A stretch of 64,000 nucleotides of DNA from Tubiluchus corallicola. Its lineage: Eukaryota; Animalia; Priapulida. The notes under the pieces were generated by a model that searched no databases, was not told the origin of the DNA, and worked only from the letters and a program-made list of their open reading frames with translations. Positions 18,104 through 31,205 of this stretch are shown here, piece by piece. The stretch covers positions 1 to 64,000 of the forward strand of contig JAQGDQ010000030.1 of the NCBI GenBank assembly GCA_030141605.1. The letters run 5' to 3'. Positions within the stretch are counted from its first letter, which is position 1; each line of letters starts with the position of its first letter. A program made the position numbers and the translations under genes.

Positions 18104-19104
18104 TGTGACGATGTAGTCTAAGTTCCGTTATTGTAAATATGTGGTTTGTGACTTAAGTGTAACCCTTAGGTAAAGAATAAAACACTTAGTCGAAAACACT
18201 GAGAAGAAACCTTTGAATTAATAAAGTAATACAACAATTTAATTAATATCCCAAAATACATTACAAGACAAATGTTAATAATAAAGATTAAGCCGGCTAA
18301 GAAGGAAAAGAACAACGTAATGTTTTTCACCAGTCCAGTCTTGGCATCATCAAGCGACTATTCTCCTGCTCCCATTCCGCAGCATCTCCTCACCAGGGGC
18401 TTGATCAAGGAATGGTGCACCATAGAACGGTTGACTACACTACCTCTTGATGGAGCTGATTACGTGGACGACGACGTCTCCAAACTTTGACGCCTCCTGA
18501 TGTACACGCCTCCACTTATATGACGCCAAAATGGGGTAGCATCCAAGCTCCTGCACTCGTCGCAAGGTAAGGATTACCAATTTTGTAATCAGCATGGAAG
18601 CACCAACGACAGTATCATCAACGTCAGGTAAATCGGGTAAGTATCATCAGCAGCAGATATCATCGACAACTGGTAAGTGATGTATCATCAGCGTCAGGAA
18701 AATATAATCAGCAACAGGTAAGCATCATCGCAAAAATGCGACTATCGTCTCTGTCGTAACCAGGTAGACAGATAGCTTTTCTACAAGCGAGCACCGTTAC
18801 TACTAAACCATCATTTCATGACATGAGAACGTCCGCTTAACACGACAACTTAAAGCGGAATACCAGGGCCAACTCAACAGCCAAAATTTCGTCTACGTGG
18901 CTTCAGTCACATGATATAGTAGTAATGCATAAACAGTATCATTGAATGTACAGGTGAAATCTGATTTCAGAACAAGTTGGCTTCTAGCCTTATATCATTA
19001 AACAGTTTAACTAAACTTCTTTTATAAAAAATTGACAATAATTAATGGTGGAATTATAACAGTAGGAACTAGTTACATAACCTGGCCTAAAATAAGCCTG
19101 AGCG
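18104..19104 (-). repeat. 5' LTR (last ~5 bp hidden in gap)
   Basis: Direct repeat of 11832-12836. Confidence 0.95.
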
Positions 19105-19265
19105 NNNNNNNNNNNNNNNNNNNNNNNNNNNNNNNNNNNNNNNNNNNNNNNNNNNNNNNNNNNNNNNNNNNNNNNNNNNNNNNNNNNNNNNNNNNNNNNN
19201 NNNNNNNNNNNNNNNNNNNNNNNNNNNNNNNNNNNNNNNNNNNNNNNNNNNNNNNNNNNNNNNNN
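19105..19265. other. Assembly gap (161 N)
   Basis: Run of N. Confidence 1.
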
Positions 19266-22200
19266 AATGTTGATCTTGAATCAAATCAAGTATTGAAGCA
19301 ACACCAGAGTAAAACTAAAGTAAAAAGGTCAACTTAGTCCTCTCAAATCGTACTACATAATTTTTGAAAATTTTCGTATCACGTTCTGAGACAGATAATT
19401 TTCTTTGTCTAACTACTATGCACTCTATTGCATTACGCAACTACGCAACCGCGTCCGAATGTGAAATAACTTCACAAATATACACAAAAACCGTCCAGAC
19501 AAACACCTTCCGCGATCAGCTGACTAATTTCAAGAAAAGTTAGAACTTTATTCGCGTACAGAACTGCTTCTGATTTGCTACATTACCAACGATTCATCAA
19601 TTCGCAACATACATTTTTGACGCTATTATAGGTTTATAACCGTACAGATATCGATTCTAAAAAACTATGACTAATAAAAAATTGAAAATTGAGAAATTAA
19701 TTACTAAACCAATATAGCAATTTATACCAATAATTACGAGACCCAGTAGACTAACAGAGAAGGATAAAACACTAATAATTCACAGTAAATTTAACTGAGG
19801 CTGGAAGGACTGGCTCCATGTGAGTCAGATTGAGCAGGCGGCCTTTTGCATGGAGACTGTCAGGGCTGAACTTGCCATGAGAGTTGACGAATCAAGCATG
19901 TGTGTCACACTTGCAATGAGGATGTTCCTCAACCAGATGGCTCTAGTAACTCCGCGGGCTCGTAAGCACTGCACAAACCAACATAGCACCATTATTTCAT
20001 TTCATTGAGAATATATCAGATCAGGAAACTCTCGTCATTCCTTCACGTAGCTACTCCTTCAAGTGTATCAACCTGGCAAATTGTTAGACTGGGGCTATGA
20101 CATCTATATTGCCAACACCATCTTCAAACCAAGTAAGTGCAGCCTGTAATGAGGCACTCAGTGATTATGGAAATAGTCATCACGATACGTCTACACATCG
20201 ACAAAACTTTACCTAAGATTTAATCACAATTTAAAATAACAGTCCAGGTGCTGCTACAGACCACATTTTGTACGGCACACTTAAAAACCGACATTATTTA
20301 CACTGTACAAGAACTATATCCTTGCAGGTAAACATTCCTCTACAAGACCACAGAAAATAGTCATGCAGCATACAAGAATTGCATCCTCACAAGTAATTTA
20401 TGAAGCCACAGAAGAAAGGCACATACCATCCTCCAACATACCTGGCCAAAGCAGACTTGAGAGCTCCAGTTTTTGAAAAACCGACTGAGATGAATAAAGT
20501 TGTCCTAAAACCCACACAGACCTCAAATACTGAGATACCTTTCCGGCGGTTCAATATCACTGCAGTGGGTTGGGGTTGTGCTGCTGATGATCTAAGTTTG
20601 CCCGGTTCCGATACGCTGGAGGCAGCTTAGGACTGCTGCCACTGCTCTCGTCACCAGTGTAATGCTGACCGAATGATGGTTCTGATACTTGTTCCAAAAA
20701 TGACAAAATGTGCGAAATAAAGTGAAGTTATAAATGCAAGTAATATGCCAGATAATTAGTCCATTGAGCTCCATGCTAGTCAACTGTCATCATAGGACAG
20801 GTACTGAGATGAAAAACACACCTGTCCATCAACCCTGTAAACTGACAAGGCCATTCCATAGTAACAATTTTATATGTACTAATATTCAATTTATTTACAA
20901 GTATAATGACACTCATAAATAAATATTTTTCTCTCTCATTTTATTTACCTGGAAATACCTGACATACCTTCAAGATTCTTCAAACTTCTTTGGATGGTCT
21001 TTAAGTGCAGGAGCCCAGTATAAAGGCCCATAGATGAAGACTAACTGTACCAGTACTGCCGACCGCAACATAACTATTCCAAATTTACATGCTCCAGGTC
21101 TTTGATGTATGGTCCTGTGGTGTTGAAACTAATACCGACATTAGTATCTAAGACTGAAGTGCACCTATGAAATACATGATGGAGGAACACACAGTAGGAA
21201 TCGGCTTAGCTGGAGCTTGGATCATTGAATTGTTTGATTATGATTATTACACATCTTTATTTGTCATGTTTGACATTTCATCGTAGATGCTTTGCCATCA
21301 CAGTCACCTATGATAACTATGAAGCAACAACACCACAGGTCCATATTTATGCTTACAGCACATTGCAGCTTGTTGAAGTCTGTTCCAATAATTTATTACT
21401 CGTGAGAATAGAAATTCTTTCATACCCGCCCAGTCTTATATGACATTTAAATAATTACGACTTTTTTTTCTTAGGATTAACTTCATTTGAAGTATGTTAT
21501 TAATTGTACTGATGTCCATGATGTTTAAAAATTTTAATGCGTTTAACTTTCACATATTACCGACTTACCAAGGACTGTCGGTCTGCATAATAATGAAGGA
21601 TTGTGGCCAGTAGTACTAAACCAGGCAATCTATGATTTTAAACTTTGTTAATGTAACAAATTTTATAAACCACAGTATTGAGGAGGTAAAAGTAAAAAAC
21701 AAAATTTGTTGAGTAACAAAGGCAAAACAAATGAAAACATGTAGTGGTAGTAGTAATATTGATTTCCGTGATTGAGTAAGTTCGCTGTGTTGGGAGCAGA
21801 GTAAGACACTAGCCGAAGTAGGACAATGGGCGTACATGGGCTAGCTCAAGTAGGACGCGTAGTGCCCAAGTGACGTCTAACATAATGTCAATCATTTTCG
21901 TTGACTGCCCAATCAGCCTGCAAGTTATTTCACACACCCCTGCAGCAGGTACATTCGGGACATTTAGCTACAGCTCCGTCTAACACTGTCATGAAAAATG
22001 GCAACTTTTCATTAGTTAGCGGGAGAAATATTAGCCTGGTTCTTGATTTTATTATTATAAATTGAAATTGCAAGTGAATTGGTGGAAATATATAGTCTAG
22101 TTTCGTTTACAGGAACAAATGCACAATGCTTACATCCATGATGATGATGACGTGTCTGATTAAACCATTTTGCAGTCAAGAAAATATGCAGTTTAGTTTA

Positions 22201-23584
22201 GTTTATGGTTTGCAAGTTAGATAAACACAACTATTTGATTAACTTTAAATAAGGACAAAACAAAATGTTTTCTTTCTGGCCAGTTTTTATAAACCTCAAT
22301 GAAATCTTCACAGCCAAAATTAATTCAAATGTGGTCAAAACTTATATTATACATCAATGTAATATTAGCTAATTATATGCTGTTTTACTGGTTATAATCA
22401 AGATTAAAAGATGCCATTGGGATTTATGTGACTCGGGCATTCAATATTAGGGTGGTCTATTAAAATGGAACAGTCAAATTTATTCCATTTCCATAGCCTG
22501 ACAAAAACTTAATAAATCTTGTAGACGAGCATACGTCAGTTAATATAGAAAAATACATTGCAGGCATGATGTTCACATGTTTAAAGGCAAGAGAGACTTA
22601 ATAGTAAAGCAAGGCTAACTGGCTTACTTTCTTTATTATATTTATGTCTCTGTATTTTGTAGTGCTTTGAAACTTTGTCTCTACATTCTATTTAAGTTGA
22701 AAAGTCATTTTTGGCTACTTTAAGAGTAAATTTCATGTTGAAATAGCTGCTGCTTCGCAAATTTGTGTTTATGAAAAAGCGCATCAGTTTGTCTGCTGAT
22801 TAGACATTAGTTGTGACTGTCATGTTGCTTAGCTTAGTTTAGTTTAGCCTAGACAGTTATCCTGCGCGAACTGTTGTCCCAAATGCTGCTGAGCGTGTTT
22901 ACGTTGCGGGGGCGGAGCGGCAGACCAATATGTTTGATGTCGAGTCTTAATCATATAGGAACACATCCGTTGTCTTTGTATATTTAATAATAAGATTTGA
23001 AAACATCAATACACATTGAATAATTTATTATTATCTGATAAAATAAAAGAATCTTATTTTGAGCTATGTGCCTACATAATTTCTCTCTTTAAAGCATTAA
23101 ATACTTAGTTTAATGTTATGATGATAATAATGATGATATTATTGTAGAAAAACATCTGTGAATTGTCAAGGGATATCCATCATTATTATGAAATTACTTT
23201 TTGTCCAAAACAAATTTAGTTTTATGTTTTATCATGTCATAATTCTCGATTCTCGACAGAAATCGTCAGCGCCCTACTTGGGCTGCCCATGTACGACACT
23301 GCTTTTCCCGCAAATTTAACACATGCGCATTTGCGGAACTGTCCTACTGCGGCTATTGGCGCATTCCGCTCCCTACAGCTCAACCGTAGTTAGTCTTTAC
23401 GTGTTATGAATTGATAGTCAGTTATAAGTTCTAGCGTGGTTAAAAGCTGAAAATCAGAAAGTTTGTTACTTGGCATTTTTTCTAGTTTATATAATAATTC
23501 AATCAAAGCAGATTTGTTTAGCTTGTAAAGCTCGCTGGATTACGATTGTTATTGTCGACTCTCTCTAGCTATTACAGTCGTGCA

Positions 23585-23641
23585 ACTTGCTTGCGAAGTC
23601 TAAGAGACCTAACCATAACGCAGCTTTCGACGGTCTCTTCT
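23585..23641 (-). mobile_element. 3' tail fragment of the LINE family present at 54830-56795
   Basis: acttgcttgcgaagtctaagagacctaa.cataac is the reverse complement of ~56738-56793. Confidence 0.75.
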
Positions 23642-26399
23642 CGAGGATTTTCGAAGTTGAGCTAGATTTGGTGCTTCAGCAGTTTCACTATTAATAAATG
23701 AATTCCAATGGCACACAACATATGAGAAAAGAAGAAGTGGGCTTTGATATTAGTGCACGCGTATTGTACAAATAATTTATAATTTTGTGCACGTAACTCC
23801 CGTAGTGGTTTAGAATAAAAATTTATAACTACCTTTATATTGAATTAATAATAATAATAATATTATTATATTATTATTATTTATTTTTATACTTTGGCAG
23901 CCTAGGAGAACATTTAAATGTAAATGTTACAAATACTAGTTGAAAAATGTGAATTTACAAATATATTATCATTTATATTTATACTTGAGCAATTAAGAAA
24001 ACTATTACATTACCAGTGAATACGTCATTGAATATCTAACAATTCTAGGATATTGTTCTAATAATTCCCAAAAATTTTTGGTGTTGTTAAAGAATGCATG
24101 TATATAGTATAATAATGTAAACTCAGTAGTTGAAGTATCATTTCACATACAGTAGAATTTGCATATCAAATCCACGGATAATAAATCCAGCCGCTTATTA
24201 TGACTACTATAAATGGGGTGGACTACTATAACTGTATCTATAGACTCTAACGTAGTAAAATCTGCCATTTATTAAATCCAAACTTTGCTTTATAAATCTA
24301 TCTTGCCCTTGTGAAAACAACACAATTGTGACATAAGATGAGACAATTGTCCCATGTTTTAATTCTAAAATCTCCTGGACCTATCTGTTGTATGGTTATA
24401 TACATATGCAATACACCTATAAGAGACACAATCTTGACACAAAAGCAGTCAATGACATGTAAAATATGAATTCGTAAATATTATTATTTATATTTATATT
24501 TTAGCAGCTTAGAAGGACATTTAAATGTAAATAATTCAAATTGGGTTATACTAGTTGAAAAATGCAATTATGAATTTGCATTATTATTTCGTATCTATAT
24601 TGGAGCAATTTAGAAAAAAACATTTAAATATAAATGATGCTGATTGTGTTATACTAGTTTATAGTGCTGTTTGCTTGTTTGTTAAATATCTATGAAGTAA
24701 GATTCAACGCAGCACAGGGACAACAAATTGTTAAACACATGGGAACTATCCTGTGGAATTCTTTGCCAGTTGCAGTTTCATCACTGGCTTCATATAGACT
24801 AATATCGGAAAAATACTTTGAATTTCTTCTACAAGCATATGTTTGATAGATACAACCTGACAGACAGCATATATCTAGAAGCCACATAAATAAAAAAAAT
24901 TAAAGTTAAAAATTTAACCCAGTAATCCAAGTAAACTGTATTGTTTTTATGTTTCATGCTTTTCCATCCGTTACTCGGGTGGCACCATTGCTGTATTGAA
25001 GATAAAAGTAAAAATTGATGTAATTACTAAAAAGTATCTTGCATGAAAATAGGTAGGGAATGCAGATTATACTATATATTGTTAGAATCTTGCAGCATAG
25101 ACAATGTTATGTTTTTTAAATTTAAAGTTATTTTATTTTTTTGCATGTATTTATTCTGAAAATTAAACATGGATAAGTACACATTGGCTATACATATTAC
25201 TTTGTTTGTAATAATTAAAAAAACAAATTTTTCGTCTCAAGCAAAAAATGCACCACGGTATTATGTAATTTTTAAAACTTAGTATTTCATTATTGTACTT
25301 GTTGAAACTCATTGTTATTCTATATTTTGCCATTTGCATGACTTTAGTCTTACACCTCAAACTAATTAGTATATAGCATGGCTAGTGATCTAAATAATTA
25401 TATATTTAATTAAATATTGTTATATTTTACTGTAAATTTTGCACTTTTTTCAAGTCATATTTAATTTGAGTTTAAAAAGGAAGACAGGATGATTTTTCAT
25501 ATATTACCCTATTTTCAAGTCCGATAAAAACTATACATTTTAACACAATTAATATTGCAAAAGCGTTTCTGATAATTAAATAATAGACTAAAAACTTAAT
25601 TAACGGCGGGCGAGCCCAACTATTGATGACATCACAAACTAACATAATTTTCAACAGCAAAAATATTCTGCGAGCATGGTGCATGTATTTGCGAAAGCAA
25701 AAGTTGAAGTACAGTGCTACTGTAAGGTATTCAGAGTGTTGTACTAGGCATGTTTTAAGATAAAAATTCAAATTTCAAATTTACCGCTGTGCTCGCGCAT
25801 GAGCTGTCAAACGTGCATAGTTCATCAGAAACTAACACAGCTGAACTGAAAGGTACAGTACCTGTTTTTGTATAATGCGTTTCCGAAATGCAGGTGCTAG
25901 TGCCCGTCTAACTAGCAAATGGCGAAATGCATGTAACAGCGAAGAACTAGCGGCGCGAATGCGAAATTGTATTTGTGTTGTAATAATTCTTTCACATAAG
26001 TCATTTTTGAAAAAATAGTGTATTCTCCCTTTCAACATTTTAAAGAGTATATTGTTTTGACCTACAGTTTAAAATTGGGTCCGGTTTTACTTTAAGTTTT
26101 TCACAATGAATATAAATGAAATTTATTTAATTTCACCCCCTTGCTTTTTTGCCACTACAATTTATTATTAATTTATATGAGTTAAAGGTGGCTTGACTCG
26201 GCAACCATTTGGTTTTCGTTGCCCCGTCTCTGTGTATATATTTTATTATAATTGCATTTACTGTCAACATTGACGTGTAATCAATATACTGCATGTGATC
26301 ATTGAGACAAAAATAAACTTATTGTATTGTATTGTAAGTTGATCCAAAGAAGGTTTACAAGCACAGTTTAATCTTTTAAATACTTGTTGTGTTTAATCT

Positions 26400-27575
26400 G
26401 TAACAAGTAGAGATTAACTATTAATACCAATAAAGCTAAGATTTTTTTTCATTGTTTAGGAAAAACACACTGCAGCATCAGAGAATATGCCTTTTCATCA
26501 TGATAATAATTTGCTGGAATATAAATTGATAATAATTGATCGGAATATAAATATTTGGGATTTTGTCAAAACCAGAAACTTTAAGCAGCTGTAGACCCTA
26601 TTATAACAGAGCAATAAAGCTAAATTTGGTGTATGTAGTAAGTCAAAACTTTTGGTTTTCTTTGATGTAAATCCGGTCATTTCTGTGTTAGTGTTTATGT
26701 AAAGCCTATTTTGGAACACGGTTGCAAGGTTTGGGGTACACAACAATTTGGAAAGTGTATGTTTAAGCCATTACAAAGTAATTTTAAAATGCAGTGTTAG
26801 GGGAATTAGTAATTCAACTCAGTATCCAATCAGTTTGGAAGTTCAAATGACGGTGGTTAAATGTTGGCTGAGGCTAGTCTTATAATATGAAAGTAGATTG
26901 TGCAAAGAGCCATTTTTTAAATTTGTTGTAGTATAATTCACTCACATATTACATCAAATCAACAAGGGCTTTTTGGTGGAAGACTACTTTATTTTAATAT
27001 AGAATGTCAATATAGAATGTCAGTATGTCTTTCAGTATTGACACTACAAGCAAGCTATATTATGGACATGGAAAGAGGAGTCTTTAAATTCTTAAAATCC
27101 TTTTAGAGACAGAATCATTTAAACAGAATTCTTGGGGTATAGAGTTATCTAAAAATGTTATGAACATTAAAGATAGAAAGGCTTTGACAAAATTTAGAAC
27201 TAGTGCTGATTATTTGACTTTTGAGACTGGTAGATATCTAAGGCCACCTGTTTCATGTGAAAATCAAGTTTGTAATGTTTGAAACATTGTTGAAGATGAA
27301 CGCCATTTTTAGAGATTGCTCAAAACATAACGCTGCACGTAATTTTATATATGTGCAATACATATGTAGATTGAGGATATAATTTCTCAATATGTTCCTA
27401 CTTTTAAACGTTAACTGAAAACTAAATACTGTTTTGTCTGCAGCAGCTGCGACACCATTGTAATACAATGTGCAGTGGCAAAATTTACCTTAATATATAT
27501 GTAAACTATTGTATGAAATGTTTGTTGTTATTGTTTTTTTTGTTATTTGTTATCAGTAAACTATCTATCTATCTA
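26400..27575 (+). mobile_element. Degraded 3' part of a non-LTR retrotransposon (RTE-X/L2-like)
   Basis: Broken frames reading KFRTSADYLTFETGRY...C..C...VEDERHFL.DCSKH, ending in a (tatc)n tail at ~27560-27575. Confidence 0.55.
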
Positions 27576-28426
27576 ACTTCTAATGCTAATCTGCTTAGTT
27601 TGCTATGTAGCAAATTTCTGTAAAGTTAGTAAATATCTGTCATTAGTAAGTTGCTGGTGTTTTTTAACTTTTAATTTATACAGCAGACGCAGGGTTGGAT
27701 ACAATAATGATTTTGCAGTTTTTCGTTAGTTCCTATAGCTTTTTTATTGCGTCTTTGGACACACCATATTTTGACCATATATTAACGAAGCTCTGTTACA
27801 GTAAATCTTGTCTGACTTTCAACCCACCACTAAAATGATTGTTGACGAATCTTGGAATAGGCAGGTTTAGTACCAAAACGATTAGACAAAGTGATCTAAT
27901 GTTTATGTTTAGGCATTTTGACTAAAAGAAGCATCATAACAAGAACTATGGTGAATAGGAATACATGCAAAATAAGCTCGTCTACTTTTCCCAAGTCTGT
28001 TTGGATATGAAAAATTTTGTAATATTATTTCTTAACTTTTCCATTTTTTTTCAAAAAAGAAACAAATTTTTGATATTCTTGATATTGCTAAAGTCCATTG
28101 TTTAATAGTATTTTTAAAAATTATGGTAGCCGAAGCGTTCGAAAAACAACAAAAATTATGTGAAAGTTTTGAAATCTCCAATTATCATCGATCACTTAGC
28201 AAAATGGTGGATAACTGTTTGCATTTCACCTGACTGAAATTTTATATGTGCTTTTGAATAAAATAAGATCTTGATGAAAAGCTTATCTGAACTTCGGTGT
28301 AACCACCACAAAACTGCATGATGAATAAACAAAATCTCTAACTTGGTTAGTTTGTAATAATATTAACTTTTTTGTTGTATGAACACTGCATCACTTTTTT
28401 CAGATCTGCTGATTACAGAAACTAAA

Positions 28427-31138
28427 ATGTCTGCTCATACCTGCATTGCTTGTCGTGTGGTCTTTGCGACATCCGAATTTCAGAGGGCTCACTACAAGTC
28501 TGATTGGCACCGTTACAACCTCAAACGCAAGGTGGCCGAGCTGCCTCCAGTTACCACCGAAACATTCAAACAGAAAGTGCTAGCTCAGCGAGCTCAGGTA
28601 TTTAAAAAATAAGTTTTTCATTATTCTGTTTTCACTGGTCGATTTTAATTAAATTTAACGTAATATTCTGAACGATAAAAAAACCTCTTGGATATTTTTG
28701 TATTTTCCTGTTTTTATACCTATTTTTAACTCGTTATCTGGTATTTCAAAAGATCGGTCTGAATAATTGCGAACCTGCAGTTGATTGTTTTTCTGTGTAG
28801 AGGTAGTGCCACATGTGTTTCACATGATGTACCAGAAAATTTGTTATATATGACCGTGTGAGCCATCTACAATGTATATTGTAATCAAACTATATGTAGT
28901 AGTTCTTACTAAGTATATCTTCAGTGGTAACCTGTTTACTTTTTTTAACAGCTTTTGGACTGAAATACTTTAGAAAGACATTAATTGACCGCTTAAGTTT
29001 AGCAATATTTTTTTTAATTGGTATAAAGTATGAACAATTAACTGGCCACTGGCTTGACTATAGTGCTTACCATGCATGACCACACATTTTGTTTGGGGTC
29101 ATGCCTATTAAAAACTGCTCTTAAGGTTATTTACCAGATAATGCATCATAACCATTACTTACGTTATTTTCTCCTAGTTGTGGCAAAATGAATATCTGTA
29201 CAAATGGTAACTTCATCGAGTAGTTTGTTCTAGCTGGAAGCTGCAACTGAAAAGGATACATCCTATCACTGCAAAGTTTGCAACAAACACTTTGGAAATG
29301 CCAACACTTTCGAGAATCACAGTAGTTCACGTAAACACCAAGAGATGGTGCTACGAGCAAGCAGAAGGACAGATGTCGTTGTCGCACAAAAAAATAAGCT
29401 AAACAGAGAAAATGCTGCAAACCAACCATCAGCAACTGAAAAAGAAAGACCAGAACAAGAAAATAAAAAAGGTTTTTTACAACATAAATTTTAAAATACG
29501 GTTTATAATGATAATTTATGCAAATAGCAGTTGACGCAAATTAGCTGATGTTGTAAAATTAACTGTTAATTACATTAAAAAATTCAAACTGTAAACTGAA
29601 TCAAAGCTCTTCCGTGTCTAGACTGTAGTAGTTAGTAAGGCAGTTTTTTTACATTCAATTTATTTTTAATTTACAAGACCAAGGCCAAAGCTCACCCATT
29701 TCAGGAACATTAGGGTAAATTTAGGCACTAGGCAGCTATGTTTTGTTCATATAATCTTCCTGTACTAGCAGGAGAATGGTGGCAGTTGCGTGAAGTCAAC
29801 TAAAATCAGAAAAAAACCTTTTGTAAAACAAGTCAACTTATGGTAGATAATATGAATCAACCTTTAATTGTTTTTAATGCAAATTAGATTACTTAATGTA
29901 AATAGAGAAATTATAACTGTTTGTAGTATTTGTTCAACCATATATATTAAAGTTCGTTTGCATGGTCATATTAAGGTACTTAAAGTGGCTCGAGTGTTGT
30001 GTCTCGGTTTAATATACATGTTGCATAAATCAGTAAGTTTCCATACTGTGAAATCATTAATAACAGTTAATTATTATTTCTTATTAAAGTGCTATAATTT
30101 TTTTATGTAAAATGCTTTAATTCTGGTTGTTTTACTCATACTCGTACTAGATAAGTAATAGTGTTTAATTTAGCAATTACTCTTAATTTATTCTTATGGC
30201 TACAGTTAGTTTCAGAAAACATTTTTTACATGGGATACATCTTTTTTCTCACGCTTTTCCTATCGGTAATAGAAAAAATTTTTGCCTTACACCAAGGGAA
30301 AATGGCAACAAAATTTAGTGCAATTTAAGGTTTCTCCTTTGCAATAATGATAAATAGTCCACTGATTTGCTATATACCTACATTTAATCAAAAGTTTGGT
30401 TAATAAGGAACAGGTTTCATGTACTTGTATAGAAGAATTTCTGCCTTACTTTATCATATAAAGGTTTCTTTAGGTGCAGAAGTTAAAAAACAGCCGTTAG
30501 GTGACTCTGCACATGACAGACAAGATGTAATGGATGGTGATGATGATGATGATGATGATGACTGGAAAGACATAAGTGGTATGTTTTTTGCAACGAATTC
30601 GATCATGTAATTGTTGCAGACTTCTGAATGTTACCAAGGTTCAGCTCGTCTACTATGTGGAAATTTTTCTGTTATTTTCTGACAACTTTTTGCTATGGAT
30701 TCTCTAAACATCAAAAATTACTAATACTGTGGTTAAACCTTATAGGAATTGTAATGTAAAAGAATTGAAGTGCATTCCAAAATTTTTTAATGCGCAAAAT
30801 TTTAATTTCAGACACTTTAATAGTGGCATATTTGCAGATAGTGATGATGATGATGATGCTGGCAGTGGAGACGAATCACCGTGGGAAGGTGAAGGCATCG
30901 CACCTGACACTTGTTTGTTCTGTCCACATCAGAGTGATAACATGCAGGATAACTTGAATCACATGAGTCAAAAGCATTCTTTCTTTTTACCAGATGTAGA
31001 GTATATAGAGGATCTAGAAGGATTGTTAGTCTACTTAGGTAAAAACATACTTTCTAATAACACAACATTAAGAAAAGCAAAATGTTGTTAGTTGACAGAG
31101 TTAACAGTGATTAAAACAGTTAATGATTGGAGTCAACA

Positions 31139-31205
<67 letters not shown>

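Larger units (their letters stand above)
11832..19104 (-). mobile_element. Gmr1-like Gypsy LTR retrotransposon (Gag-PR-IN-RT-RH order), RT core deleted
   Basis: Paired ~1-kb LTRs, tRNA-Leu PBS, and a polyprotein with integrase upstream of RT/RNase H; the 5' LTR runs into the N gap. Confidence 0.93.

Noticed and set aside
18272-18490. 72-aa antisense ORF in the LTR
   Set aside because: Its ATG is absent in the other LTR copy and it has no recognisable motif.
23870-24615. Diverged ~130-bp direct repeat (about 23870-24000 vs 24480-24615)
   Set aside because: An old AT-rich duplication with no coding or structural signal.
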